Origin: a virus
Lineage: Duplodnaviria; Caudoviricetes
Reading direction: 5' to 3' (one strand)
Length of the DNA: 64,000 bases
IMG/VR virus record: IMGVR_UViG_2816332589_000001
Coordinates: 72,929-136,928 of that record
In this document: one piece after another, positions 18,460 through 28,044 of the stretch
How positions within the stretch are numbered: the first letter of the stretch is position 1
How the letters are laid out: each line of letters opens with the position of its first letter
Position numbers and translations under genes: made by a program
The notes under the pieces: generated by a model
The model's input: only the letters and a program-made list of their open reading frames with translations
Told to the model about the DNA's origin: nothing
Database searches by the model: none

Positions 18460-18921
18460 CTACCGGCCGCACGCCTCGCACAGCACGGGACGCGGGGTGG
18501 CGGCGTACGCGGCCTGGACGTCCTCGGTCTCAGCGGCGGCCCACGCGCCGCGCTGCGCGGCCTCGTTGGCGGCGGCGTGCGCAGCGTCCATCACGGACGC
18601 GTGCGTGGTGACCTCGACCGCGTCGCTGTGCATCGTGCGGTGACGCCACAGGATGCCGTCCGCGTCAATGGGGGCGAGCCCGGCGATCACGCAGCAGTGC
18701 GGGTTGGCCAGGAAGGCGCTGATGAGGAATTCGGTGCCGTCGGCGCGGTAGCCGAGGTGGGCCCAGACGGTGTACGGGCCGAGGTGGCGCAGCTCGGAGG
18801 TGGTGCGCTCTGCGCTCTCCGTCAGAGCCTTGGTGGCGGCCCACACCTGCTCTTCGATCACAAGCCAGGGCTTCTTGGTCTCGGTGCGGGCGGGACGCTT
18901 GCGGGTGCGGGTGCTGGGCAT
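18460..18921 (-). CDS. Hypothetical protein behind conserved leader copy A
   Basis: GGAGG RBS; MPSTRTRKRPARTETKKPW... Confidence 0.7.
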   Translation of the reverse strand: MPSTRTRKRPARTETKKPWLVIEEQVWAATKALTESAERTTSELRHLGPYTVWAHLGYRADGTEFLISAFLANPHCCVIAGLAPIDADGILWRHRTMHSDAVEVTTHASVMDAAHAAANEAAQRGAWAAAETEDVQAAYAATPRPVLCEACGR

Positions 18922-19008
18922 GGCTGTGCCTCCGATGGTTGGTTGGGAGCGTTCGTTGGTCCCGCTCGCTCGTGCGGACCAACAAGGAAAACTGTACACC
19001 GTGTCCGG
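18922..19008 (-). promoter_or_regulatory. Conserved box plus leader hairpin, copy A
   Basis: GGACACGGTGTACAGT-tttcct-TGTTGGTCCGC-ACGAGCGA-GCGGGACCAAC-GAACGCTCC...GGAGG-ATG. Confidence 0.85.
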
Positions 19009-19103
19009 CGCGTGGGGGTAGGTCAGGCTCGGGATTTCCCGCTCCCGTGCTACCCCGCACCGGAGGGGGCCGGGCCGCCGCAGAAGGACGGCCCGGCGGG
19101 TGC

Positions 19104-19916
19104 TTACAGAGCGGCGGCGGCGCGGAGCTGGTTGTCCATCGAGCCCCACACCGTCAGGTTGACCGGCGCTTCCGTGTAGAGCAGGTGCAGGTCCACGTCC
19201 ACCACGTTGTCCACGAACAGGCTCACGGTGGTCAGGCCGTACCCGTGCCGATCGTAGGTGTCCCCAGGGCGCAAGCCAGGAGCGGCGGCCCGCATCTGCT
19301 TGGCGAGCGGGCCGTAAACGGGGTGCTTGCGGCGCGGGTCGCGGTTGTCGGTGCGGATGGCGCGCAGCACCGTACGGGCCTGTTCGACCGTCAGACGCCG
19401 GAAGACGATGTGGGATGCGGCGTACTCGGGGGTGTCGTCCAGGTAGTCGCCGCGCGTGATCTTCGTGCTGTGCTCGACCTCGGCGTAGCTGCCGGGGACC
19501 TCCCAGGTGGTGAGCGCTTCGCCGTGGTACCAGCGAGTGCGTGCGTGGTCGGGGGCGACGCAGGCGAACTTGGCGGCTATCAGCCGGGTGCGGCTGACCT
19601 TGGCGTGCGCTTCTTCCAGGTCACCGGTGACGAGTTCGGCGAGCGTGCGCCCGATGGCGTCGGCGGTCAAGGTGTCTGCGGTGGCGGACACCTTCCGGCG
19701 GGTTCCGTCGTCCAGGAGTGCCACGGCGTACACCTCGTGGCCGCGGATACCGGCGAAGTGGATGTTGTGCCCGCGGTGGGAGCGCAGGGAGCCGCTCATG
19801 CCGTAGTACGCGGCGTGAATCATCCAGTCGCGGCCCAGGATGCTGCGCGCGGCGCCGAGGACAGTGGAAGCGGTGAAGGGCAGTTCGCGGGTGTCGGTGA
19901 GAATGGTTCGAGACAC
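19104..19916 (-). CDS. Hypothetical protein behind leader copy B
   Basis: GAAAGG RBS plus GTG (VSRTILTD...). Confidence 0.7.
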   Translation of the reverse strand: MSRTILTDTRELPFTASTVLGAARSILGRDWMIHAAYYGMSGSLRSHRGHNIHFAGIRGHEVYAVALLDDGTRRKVSATADTLTADAIGRTLAELVTGDLEEAHAKVSRTRLIAAKFACVAPDHARTRWYHGEALTTWEVPGSYAEVEHSTKITRGDYLDDTPEYAASHIVFRRLTVEQARTVLRAIRTDNRDPRRKHPVYGPLAKQMRAAAPGLRPGDTYDRHGYGLTTVSLFVDNVVDVDLHLLYTEAPVNLTVWGSMDNQLRAAAAL

Positions 19917-20001
19917 GGGTGTGCCTTTCTGGTTGATGGGAGCGTTCGTTGGTCCCGCTCGCTCGTGCGGACCAACAAGGGAAACTGTACACCACGTCCG
20001 G
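19917..20001 (-). promoter_or_regulatory. Conserved box plus leader hairpin, copy B
   Basis: Nearly identical to copy A over about 65 bp. Confidence 0.85.
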
Positions 20002-20045
20002 CCATGGTGGGGGTGGGGCCCGACGGAAGTCCCGGGCCCCGCGCG

Positions 20046-20065
20046 GGGTGTTCCCACGGTGAACA
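20046..20065 (-). promoter_or_regulatory. Quasi-palindromic site TGTTCACCGTGGGAACACCC, copy 2
   Basis: Exact match to 7630-7649. Confidence 0.55.
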
Positions 20066-20081
20066 GCGGGCCGGGCTACGG

Positions 20082-21158
20082 CTACTTCGCCGGCGGGTAC
20101 GCCAGCAAGTGACCAGGCCACGCCGTGTCAGGCTCAACGCGCCAACCAGCTGCCCGCAGAACCCCTCCTGCGCGCTCCCGCTCCTCAGCATCATCCGTGC
20201 CGATCTCGCTCAGACAGACACCGGGCGCCTTCTCGCCCGAGGGTGCCACCGCGCTCACCATGAGCCCGGTCTCCTCACACAGGTAGCTCCCCTTACCGAT
20301 CGACTCTCCGTACCTGACCAGGCGAAGCCCAGCGTCGGCGAGCAGGGCGATCGCGGCGTCCACGTCCGCGTGCCGCCGCCACTCGGGGAAGCGCCCGACC
20401 GCCGGCGTGGTGCTCTTCGGCACCCACTGCACGTGGTACAGGTCCTCCTCCGGCAGAGAGTAGGCCACCATGCGCCCCGTACTCTCCACCTCGTCGTACA
20501 GGAGCACGTTCGCAACGTCCACCAAGGCATCTATCCGCTCGTACTGAACCAGCGGGCCGTAACCGGTCACTTCGCGCACTTCCCTGCGCAGCCACGCCAG
20601 CCCGTCACCAAGGATCTCGTCCGCGCGCTCCAGGGCATCCCACAGCTTCGGCGCAGTGGCCATGCAGGCATCGGCGAGGATGTGCCGCCGCTCGGCATGC
20701 ATCGCTTCGGCCGCGGCTTCTTCCTCGGTGTCCGCCGTCGCCACGTGCACCCGGGTCCACGAGTCCATGACCAGCCACGGCGCGGTGACGGGAATGTCGG
20801 AGGCGACCGGCGCGAACCGGGGGCTACTGGTGTCGTGCGGCCGGTCGTCCACGAACACGTCCGTACGGCCGGGCACGCTCGTCACCGCGAACCCAGCGGC
20901 GGTGAGCCGTTCAACGATCTGCGCCTTGTACTTCTCGCGGCCGAGAGCGGGCCCGTGCGTCCAGACCGGCCGGGTGGGCGTACCGCCGTGCCACCGGACG
21001 AACATGCGGCGCGGCTCGACGGTATCGAGGGATTCGACGCGGAACCCCTCGTGCACCACGCCGGGTACGTACTCCGGCAGGGAGCGGGCGAGCAGCGTCG
21101 TGACCCGGGCAGCCAGGTCTACGGAGTGAAGCGGAGCGACGCGCGGTTCAGTGGTCAT
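20082..21158 (-). CDS. Hypothetical protein
   Basis: AGGAG RBS before MTTEPRVAP. Confidence 0.7.
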   Translation of the reverse strand: MTTEPRVAPLHSVDLAARVTTLLARSLPEYVPGVVHEGFRVESLDTVEPRRMFVRWHGGTPTRPVWTHGPALGREKYKAQIVERLTAAGFAVTSVPGRTDVFVDDRPHDTSSPRFAPVASDIPVTAPWLVMDSWTRVHVATADTEEEAAAEAMHAERRHILADACMATAPKLWDALERADEILGDGLAWLRREVREVTGYGPLVQYERIDALVDVANVLLYDEVESTGRMVAYSLPEEDLYHVQWVPKSTTPAVGRFPEWRRHADVDAAIALLADAGLRLVRYGESIGKGSYLCEETGLMVSAVAPSGEKAPGVCLSEIGTDDAEERERAGGVLRAAGWRVEPDTAWPGHLLAYPPAK

Positions 21159-21525
21159 CGGGAGACTCCTGATCAGTACGGAAAGGGAAGGCAAGACGGG
21201 GCCGCAGCAGGCGCAGGCGGGACCGCCACGGCGTTCGGGACACGACGCGCACCACGGCGGCCACCGTGGACGCGTCGAGCCCTTCCGCGGGCACCTCGAC
21301 GGCCACAGGCGGCCGGTGCGGGGCGCGCGGGCGGATGACGATGAGCAGTTGGCCGGAGCGGGTGGTGGGCGCCGACACGGCGATGCGAGTGCGGCGGGTT
21401 TCGACGGTGCCGCTCGGCTCGACGCGCCCACCGAGGAGCCGGGCAAGCTCGTACCGCAGGGCGTCCGCGCGCAGCACAGCCTGCACGCGGTCCGCCCCCG
21501 GCCACAGAGCCGGCCGGTCACCCAT
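21148..21525 (-). CDS. Hypothetical protein
   Basis: Overlap-coupled with both neighbours. Confidence 0.55.
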   Translation of the reverse strand: MGDRPALWPGADRVQAVLRADALRYELARLLGGRVEPSGTVETRRTRIAVSAPTTRSGQLLIVIRPRAPHRPPVAVEVPAEGLDASTVAAVVRVVSRTPWRSRLRLLRPRLAFPFRTDQESPDDH

Positions 21526-21811
21526 CGGTCAGGCTGGGCGTGCCGCCGGGGAACGCCGCCAGATAGGCCAGATGCTCACGGTGAAACTGAGTGATCTCCG
21601 CGTCGGTGAAGCGGCGCCCGACCGCGGCCGCGCACTCCCGGGCGAGGAGAAACCGGCCGTGCAGCCAGCGAAGCCGGGACTCCGGCGGCCACGCGGCCGT
21701 GGGCCACACGACGGCCCAGTCACGCCCGGCCTCGACGAGCGCGGTTGCGTACTCGCCGAACTCCCGCATCATGATGTCGCCGAGCTGGCCGCGCTCCTTC
21801 TCGTTCGACAC
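21518..21811 (-). CDS. Hypothetical protein
   Basis: GGAGG RBS, GTG start 2 nt after the upstream stop. Confidence 0.6.
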   Translation of the reverse strand: MSNEKERGQLGDIMMREFGEYATALVEAGRDWAVVWPTAAWPPESRLRWLHGRFLLARECAAAVGRRFTDAEITQFHREHLAYLAAFPGGTPSLTDG

Positions 21812-21813
21812 GG

Positions 21814-22452
21814 CTACGCCTCCGACGGGGCTGCGGCGAGTACGAACACGTGAAGGCACGTCACGAGCGACGGCAGACCTGCATTCCGCCATCCCTCAGC
21901 GTCGTACCGGCTGTACCGCACGTAGACCCGTCCCGCGGCCTCGTCGTACCGCACCCGGACGCGGTCATGCTCGGCGACAATCCCCGACAGCACCTGCGCG
22001 GCCTCCGCCGCGGTGATGACGCCGGGAATGTCGTATGCCGCGTCCTCGTCGTGCGCCGCGACCAGTTCCCGCACCGGCACGAGCAACCCCGAACTCTGAT
22101 GCTCGGTGACGTACTGCGCGCAGTCGTGCAGGGGCGGGAACGCGAGCAGCGTCCGGCCCGGCAGGGTGGGGCCCGGGTCGGCGGGCACGAACCGCTGCCG
22201 CGCGTCCCACTTCTCGACGGCCCGGCCCAGGGCCGCGCGCACCTCGGCGTCGGACCACCAGCCGGTGCCGTCGTCCTGGTCGTCGTTCAGCCCGTCGTAC
22301 CGGGACGGCACCCATGACCCGTTGGTGCGGGTCCACACGTCCCCGGTGTGCGTCCACACGTAGCGGTCGCCATCGGTGAAGAACAGTGGGGCGGACGGCG
22401 GGGGAAACAAGGCCGACTGCACGACCGGGGCGTTCAAGGACATGGTGGACAC
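21814..22452 (-). CDS. Hypothetical protein
   Basis: GGAG RBS; FFTDGDRYVWTHTGDVWTRTNGSW. Confidence 0.65.
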   Translation of the reverse strand: MSTMSLNAPVVQSALFPPPSAPLFFTDGDRYVWTHTGDVWTRTNGSWVPSRYDGLNDDQDDGTGWWSDAEVRAALGRAVEKWDARQRFVPADPGPTLPGRTLLAFPPLHDCAQYVTEHQSSGLLVPVRELVAAHDEDAAYDIPGVITAAEAAQVLSGIVAEHDRVRVRYDEAAGRVYVRYSRYDAEGWRNAGLPSLVTCLHVFVLAAAPSEA

Positions 22453-22582
22453 GGGGGGATCTCCAAGCGGTGAGTACGGGTACGGCGGGGCGCGGTGCGC
22501 CCTGCTCACGGCCGTGACGGGCACGGCCGAGGGGAGGGAGCAGCGGGCCGGCCGGGGCGGGGACGGGCCGCCCCGGGCGGGG

Positions 22583-23029
22583 TCAGCGAAGGACGAACGA
22601 GAGCCACGCGGGCACGTGCAGCGGGCGAACGGACCGCTGGTTGGCGGAGAGCCGCAGTTCCTCGGCCAGCTCCCCCAGCTCGGCGCCCGACGCCTCGAAG
22701 TCGTCATGGCCACCGACAAGGCTCAGGGCTTCGGCTCGGGACGGCTCGGTGCGGAACGCGGACACGGTGAACACGCGGAAGCGGATGGCGGCGGAAGACC
22801 AGCCACCAGGCTCGACGCGGCTGTTCATGCTCGTGCTGCCGAACACGATCCGGTCGCCCCACTGGAGATCCGCGCCGGTCGGCGGAGCCCAGGCAACCCC
22901 GTACGGGGGCGGAGCCTCGATCAGGCGGCGGTGAGCGTCGCTGGCGCTGCGGGGGACGTAGAAGGCGGACACGCGGGGGATGCTGGTCACGGGATGCTCC
23001 AGGAGAGGGACGCCGGGGCGCGCGCTCAC
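22583..23029 (-). CDS. Hypothetical protein
   Basis: Array orientation; followed by the repeat hairpin. Confidence 0.55.
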   Translation of the reverse strand: MSARPGVPLLEHPVTSIPRVSAFYVPRSASDAHRRLIEAPPPYGVAWAPPTGADLQWGDRIVFGSTSMNSRVEPGGWSSAAIRFRVFTVSAFRTEPSRAEALSLVGGHDDFEASGAELGELAEELRLSANQRSVRPLHVPAWLSFVLR

Positions 23030-23051
23030 ACGCCCCGGCCGGATGGCGGAC

Positions 23052-24137
23052 TCAGATGCGGAACAGCGCCTCGGCCACGGCGCGGCGACGCTCCCCGTCG
23101 GAGCCCAGCGGGAAGTACCGCACCGGGCCGGCCGTCCCGTCCTCGGCGACGCGCAGGACCTCCACGGCCCCGTACGGGCCTTCCACGAGCGGCGGCGTCA
23201 CAGCGAACAGGTACGTCGCGGAACCAATGCGGCGGGCCCACTCCCACCCGCTCTCGGGCATCGGCTGACGCATCCCGACGACGAACAGCCCGTACGCCCG
23301 TGCGGCCTCCACCAGGGCGCGCCGGACCTCGTACAGAGCCTGATACGGGATGGCGCGCCGCACGGCCGTCGTGAACTCCGTCATGGCCTTGTCCAGGGCC
23401 CGCCCGTCGCCCGTGCCGTTGATGGCTGCGCCGAGCGTTCGCAGGGCTTCCAGACCGCTGAGGAACGCGCGGTCCCAGGCGCGGCGCTCCGCAGACGCGA
23501 TCCATGTGCGCTGCTCGGCAGGGTCCTCGAACCGCTTACCGACCCTGCTGCCGCACTCCGAGGTGAGGAGCACGACGGCCCGCACGGCGGGGTGGTCCAT
23601 CGTGGCGCCGTCCGGCTCATGCAGGAACCGGGACACGGCGTGCTCCACATCGGCCAGCAGCGCCCATTCAGCACGGTTCTTCGCGTGCCGCACTGCGGCC
23701 TCAGCGTTCGCTAGTGCCGCATCGAACGGGCCGCGCCGGTCGGCGGAGCCCTGCTCGGGGTGCAGGGACGTCAGAACGCGTTCCAGAGCGACCAGGGTCT
23801 CCTCACACGCGCGGTCCTCCGCAGCGCGTACGGCGGACTGCCCGGCGGTGATCAGCGAACGCATCGGCTCCACCCGGGCCCGGGAGTAGTTCGGCCCGGC
23901 GATGTACTCCCACGGGCCCACGGCGCGCCAGCCGTTGGCCTGCAACAGGTCGTCGGGACCGATGCGGCGGCTGTTCGGGACGTACGGAGCGGTGAACCGG
24001 GCTATGGGTTCCGGGCTCTGCTGGGGAACGATGATCGTCACCCAGTTCTCGCGGCGGGCGCCCTCCTTACGGCTGGTGACCTGTACGGCGTGCTGGAACT
24101 CGGCGAAGTAGCGGACGGCGGGTACGGCGGTGCTCAT
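23052..24137 (-). CDS. Hypothetical protein
   Basis: GGAG RBS before MSTAVPAVRYF. Confidence 0.7.
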   Translation of the reverse strand: MSTAVPAVRYFAEFQHAVQVTSRKEGARRENWVTIIVPQQSPEPIARFTAPYVPNSRRIGPDDLLQANGWRAVGPWEYIAGPNYSRARVEPMRSLITAGQSAVRAAEDRACEETLVALERVLTSLHPEQGSADRRGPFDAALANAEAAVRHAKNRAEWALLADVEHAVSRFLHEPDGATMDHPAVRAVVLLTSECGSRVGKRFEDPAEQRTWIASAERRAWDRAFLSGLEALRTLGAAINGTGDGRALDKAMTEFTTAVRRAIPYQALYEVRRALVEAARAYGLFVVGMRQPMPESGWEWARRIGSATYLFAVTPPLVEGPYGAVEVLRVAEDGTAGPVRYFPLGSDGERRRAVAEALFRI

Positions 24138-24235
24138 GGCGGAGTTCTCCAAGGGGCTTACGGAATGTGGATGGGGGCGGGTGGAGCACTGGGCCGGCGG
24201 GGCGCGCCGGACGGGCGCGCCCCGGGCCGGGCAGA

Positions 24236-24829
24236 TCAGTTGGGGGTAACGCTGGAAGCGATCGCGAGCACGACGGCCGTCAGCAGCGGCTCGATCGCGG
24301 CGTAGTCGGGGGCGTCGGCGGGGATGTACGCGTACGTGCCGGTGCCCGCGGGGAGGCGGACCCAGATCACGCCGGTCTCCGTCTGGCTCATCTCCCAGTC
24401 CCGGGGGAACCTCTTGATCGACGGGGCATCCACGGTGCGCTGCCCCGGCCCCCACGGTCCGGGCGCCGTGTCGTCCATCTCCGGCAGGGGCACGACCGCG
24501 TTGGACGATGGGCCCTTGGTACCGGCCAGCAGGTACGCGCGGCCCTGCTCGAACGGCATCTCGCCGTCGCGCACCGGGCGCCCGGGAAGCGGGTCATCGG
24601 CGCCAACGGACGCCGGGGTGAACAGCGGCACTCCAGCCTCTGCGAGAAACGGCGGGTGGGTGAACATCTTCCGTATCTCCTCGTCGGTGAAGGCGGCCGG
24701 GCAATCGGCGCAGCACGTCCAACGCCCTTCCTCGGACCGGGTGTGCGCCGTACCGAGCACGGTGACGCGGTCACCGGCCGCGAACGCGGCGGGCACGTGG
24801 GGCATGACGGACGGGAGCAGCAACGACAC
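24236..24829 (-). CDS. Hypothetical protein
   Basis: GGAG RBS plus GTG; followed by the repeat hairpin. Confidence 0.6.
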   Translation of the reverse strand: MSLLLPSVMPHVPAAFAAGDRVTVLGTAHTRSEEGRWTCCADCPAAFTDEEIRKMFTHPPFLAEAGVPLFTPASVGADDPLPGRPVRDGEMPFEQGRAYLLAGTKGPSSNAVVPLPEMDDTAPGPWGPGQRTVDAPSIKRFPRDWEMSQTETGVIWVRLPAGTGTYAYIPADAPDYAAIEPLLTAVVLAIASSVTPN

Positions 24830-25022
24830 GGGAACTCCAGAGCAGTGAGAAGAACGAGGCGGGCGGATGATGGCCCGCAGGGCTCGCTTACGGCGCGCCC
24901 CGCACACGGCCGCGACGGCGGGCGGCACGGCCGAGAGCAGGAAGCGGCGGGATGAGGGCTCCGTCGGCCCCCGCACCGCCCCGCGACACGGCGCCGCGGG
25001 ACGATGCGGAAGCGACGGCCGA

Positions 25023-25793
25023 CTAGCGGAAGAACCTGACGACTTCCGACGCGGTCAGTGGTCCCGCTCCCCTGCGCTCGCCGTCCACCTCGCTTTGGAC
25101 GAAGAACCGCAGCCGGGTGTGTGCGGGGCAAAGCGGGTTCTCCAACCGCCGCCGGACGATCCACGAGATGCGATGGGTGTCCGTGTCCACGCGAAGCGCT
25201 CCCCGCGCGTCCGGGTAGGGCAGGGTCCGCATACCTGCCTTGCTCAGCAGGCCCGCCAGGTGCGCCATGTCCTTAGCCACGGCATCCGGCGCGTACTCCG
25301 GGCTCTGCGGCTCACCCATGTACGAGCGGCACGCCACGGTGTAGCGGCGCCCGTGGTGCGATGCCGGCTGGCTGCACATCTCGCACCGAGGATTCGCCGG
25401 AGTGTCCGGGCGCGGCTCGACATCGAACTTGTCGCACGCCGTGGCGTTCGGGTTGTGGTGCTCGCTTTCCCACTGGCCGCACGTTCCGCACGTCGGCGTC
25501 CGGGGCGTAGGAAGCGGCCGGGCCTCTTGCACCATCCCGTGGAACGTGCCGGACGCGTAGGTGAACCCGACGGTCCTGCTCACGTCGTCCATGGAGAGCG
25601 CACCGCCGCACTCAATGGCGTTGATCAGCATGGCCCGCAGCAGCGCACCGGACATGCGGCGCGGGTTGGGCGTACCGGGCACGAGGGCGGACGCGGGTGA
25701 CGCAGTGACGGAGTACGCCGCGAACGTCACCTCGGCCACGTCGGTGAGCGGCCGGAACATCGCGGACCGCTCATCATCACGAACAGCAGACAC
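25023..25793 (-). CDS. Hypothetical protein with two CxxC...H...C motifs
   Basis: CGTCGQWESEH...C and CEMCSQPASHH...C; GGAG RBS. Confidence 0.65.
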   Translation of the reverse strand: MSAVRDDERSAMFRPLTDVAEVTFAAYSVTASPASALVPGTPNPRRMSGALLRAMLINAIECGGALSMDDVSRTVGFTYASGTFHGMVQEARPLPTPRTPTCGTCGQWESEHHNPNATACDKFDVEPRPDTPANPRCEMCSQPASHHGRRYTVACRSYMGEPQSPEYAPDAVAKDMAHLAGLLSKAGMRTLPYPDARGALRVDTDTHRISWIVRRRLENPLCPAHTRLRFFVQSEVDGERRGAGPLTASEVVRFFR

Positions 25794-26083
25794 AGGAACT
25801 CCCAGAAGACGGAGGGACTGAAGAGACCGGAGAAACCGGGGCAGACACCAGCCGGACGGGCGCGCACGAGGGGTTGCCGTGAGACCAGAGAGCAACGCTC
25901 TGACCAGCGAAAAGGAACATTCGTGGAACCGGTGAGACCGTTCTACGCGTGCGCGCGGGGGCTGGGGTCGCATCGGTGGTCCGGGCGCCGTACTGCGACC
26001 GCCGGGGGGCAGCTGCCGCAGTACGGGGCGCGGAGCACCGTGCCGGCCGGGGGCACGCCGGGGTGGGCGCGCCCCCGGGCGGG

Positions 26084-26851
26084 TCAGCCGCGCTTGATAC
26101 GGACGGTGATCCGGTTGCGGTAGCGGTTGAAGCGGTGGCGGGTGCGGAACTTGAAGTTCTGCCAGTTCGGCGTACGGCGCCACTGGAGGTAGGCGACGCG
26201 GGCGCGGGTCAGGGGGCGCAGTACGGCGGGTGTCGCGGCGTCGTAGCCGTTGTAGCCGTTGTAGACCTCGCGGAGGATCGCGGCGGCCGCAACGCGTGGT
26301 GAGGCGGCGGAGGGGGCAATGACGCCGGGCATGGAGGTCCAGCCGTCGTTGGCGTACAAATCCCTGGTGGCCATGAACCAGTCGCCGTCAAAGCCCTGGT
26401 AGGCGTAGTACTCCTCGCGGCCGTTGGTGATGGTGAGCCCGTAGCTCTCGCTCCCGACCGTGCTGGTGTACACATCAAGGTGTCCGGCCCGGATGATTTC
26501 TGCCTCCGTCCGGCGGAGGGCGGCGCGGTCCAGGCTGTGGCGGGTGTGGAAGGCGGCTACCCGCCGCTCCCCTGCGGCCCACCGGTCGCGGTCTTCGTAC
26601 TGGTAGCCAGCAGCTACGGCCAGATCGAGGATCTTGCCCGCGTGGGTGATGCCGTCTTCGTCTTTGGGGGCGAGTGGGGTCCACACGGTGGCGCGGATGT
26701 TGGTGTACCAGGTGTCGTCTTGGTCCGGTTCGGTGTCGGTCATGGTGACCGTGTCGATTCGGCCGTCGGGGTGCTGCGTGATCGTCAGGTACAGGGGGTC
26801 GGCGTTCTCGACGGCGGGGGTGTCGGTGGGCTTGTCCAGGCTGACGGGCAT
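26084..26851 (-). CDS. First gene of the leftward array, hypothetical protein
   Basis: Behind leader copy C; AAGGG RBS. Confidence 0.75.
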   Translation of the reverse strand: MPVSLDKPTDTPAVENADPLYLTITQHPDGRIDTVTMTDTEPDQDDTWYTNIRATVWTPLAPKDEDGITHAGKILDLAVAAGYQYEDRDRWAAGERRVAAFHTRHSLDRAALRRTEAEIIRAGHLDVYTSTVGSESYGLTITNGREEYYAYQGFDGDWFMATRDLYANDGWTSMPGVIAPSAASPRVAAAAILREVYNGYNGYDAATPAVLRPLTRARVAYLQWRRTPNWQNFKFRTRHRFNRYRNRITVRIKRG

Positions 26852-26939
26852 GAGTGTCCCTTTGGTGGTTGGTGTGGAGCGTTGGTGTTGGCCGGATCGC
26901 TCGTTCCGACCAACAAGCAGAACTGTACACCACGTCCCG
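26852..26939 (-). promoter_or_regulatory. Conserved box plus leader hairpin, copy C
   Basis: GGACGTGGTGTACAGT...TGTTGGTCGGA-ACGAGCGA-TCCGGCCAACA-CCAACGCTCC; TTGCGC lies 16 nt upstream of TACAGT. Confidence 0.85.
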
Positions 26940-26998
26940 CGATGCGCAACACCGGGTCCATTTCTCCCGGCCCTATAGGGGGTATGACTACCGCCCTT

Positions 26999-27116
26999 CG
27001 GACGTGGTTGTCAGTTTGTGCCGTGGTCATGTAGTGTGGTGCTCGCACCGAACGGCGCAGACGGAACGAGCACCCGTACCGCGCCGAACGCTCCCAACCA
27101 GCCTTAGGGGACCTCT
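26999..27116 (+). promoter_or_regulatory. Rightward promoter (TTGTCA-N18-TAGTGT) overlapped by a box variant, plus divergent leader copy F
   Basis: GGACGTGGTTGTCAGT at 27000; CGGCGC-ag-ACGG-AACGAGCAC-CCGT-acc-GCGCCG-AACGCTCCC at 27053-27095. Confidence 0.7.
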
Positions 27117-27446
27117 GTGTCTGCTGCCGCCGAACGCCGCGCCCGCCGCCGCAACGCCGCCGCCGTACTCCGCAACCGCCGCCGGGTGAACCGGACGCAC
27201 ACCGTGAAGCCCTTCCTGCGCTTCCTCGGATACGAGCCGGAGTTCGTTGACCGCTACGCCTCTCCGTTCGGCAAGCACGTGGTGAAGGCGTACCGCGCCC
27301 AGCACGACGGTGCCGACCCGGCCACCCGCCTCAAGCGCATCAACGGCCGCCTGCGCCCCGTGTACGTGTACGCCCCCGGCGACCCGGCCCTGACCGTCGC
27401 GCTCAACACCTACAGGCGCACCGCTGAGTACGCCCCCGCCGCGTAG
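27117..27446 (+). CDS. Small basic protein, first gene of the rightward array (resembles C-termini of phage antirepressor-like proteins)
   Basis: FGKHVVKAYRAQHDG..P...INGRLRPVYVY...D pattern; family link is tentative. Confidence 0.6.
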   Translation: MSAAAERRARRRNAAAVLRNRRRVNRTHTVKPFLRFLGYEPEFVDRYASPFGKHVVKAYRAQHDGADPATRLKRINGRLRPVYVYAPGDPALTVALNTYRRTAEYAPAA

Positions 27447-27513
27447 CCCTTCCCCCACCCCCCGGGGCGCGGCACCCGCCGCGCCCCACCCTCCCCCGAT
27501 CGGAGAACCCCTG

Positions 27514-27918
27514 ATGAAGCTGCCCTTCACCTGCCGTGCCCGCGCCGCTGTGGCTGCCGCCGTGGCGACCGGACTGCTTGCCGTGGCCGCGTCGCTCACC
27601 ACCTTCTACGACGGCGTGAACGCCGGGGCGACCGTCGGCACGCCCGGGTGTTCCGTCGGTGTCGAGTGGCGCGGTGACCCGGGCGTGTTCGGCTCGTGCA
27701 CCGGCACGGACCCGGACGCCGGGGCCGACCAGGGCGACGAGATCGTGACGGCGTACAACGACGGTTTCCTGGACGGACAGGCGGACGTGCACGAGGGCGG
27801 CGGCCGTGACGCGCACGAGGCCGGCATGGGGGCGGGCGCCAAGTCGGGTGATGCGGCCGTGACCGCGTACAACGACGGATTCCTGGACGGACAGGCTGAC
27901 GCGCGAGTGCGCCGCTGA
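27514..27918 (+). CDS. Putative secreted protein with duplicated VTAYNDGFLDGQAD motif
   Basis: Hydrophobic N-terminus; 14-aa exact internal repeat. Confidence 0.65.
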   Translation: MKLPFTCRARAAVAAAVATGLLAVAASLTTFYDGVNAGATVGTPGCSVGVEWRGDPGVFGSCTGTDPDAGADQGDEIVTAYNDGFLDGQADVHEGGGRDAHEAGMGAGAKSGDAAVTAYNDGFLDGQADARVRR

Positions 27919-27958
27919 CCCGCTGGTGGGGGAGGGGCGCTCCGGGGCCCCTTCCCCA

Positions 27959-28044
27959 CCGGACACGGTTCACAGTTTTCCCTGTTGGCCCGCACGAGCG
28001 GGCGGCGCCAACACCACGCTCCAACCCAACCGAAAGGCATACCC
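27959..28044 (+). promoter_or_regulatory. Conserved box plus leader hairpin, copy D
   Basis: GGACACGGTTCACAGT...TGTTGGCCCGC-ACGAGCGG-GCGGCGCCAACA-CCACGCTCC...GAAAGG. Confidence 0.8.

Noticed and set aside
18939-21338. Long antisense ORFs (e.g. 799 aa at 18939-21338, 711 aa at 44548-46683, 703 aa at 30544-32655, 688 aa at 55655-57721)
   Set aside because: Stop-poor shadows of real genes on the opposite strand in high-GC DNA; no motifs or RBS.
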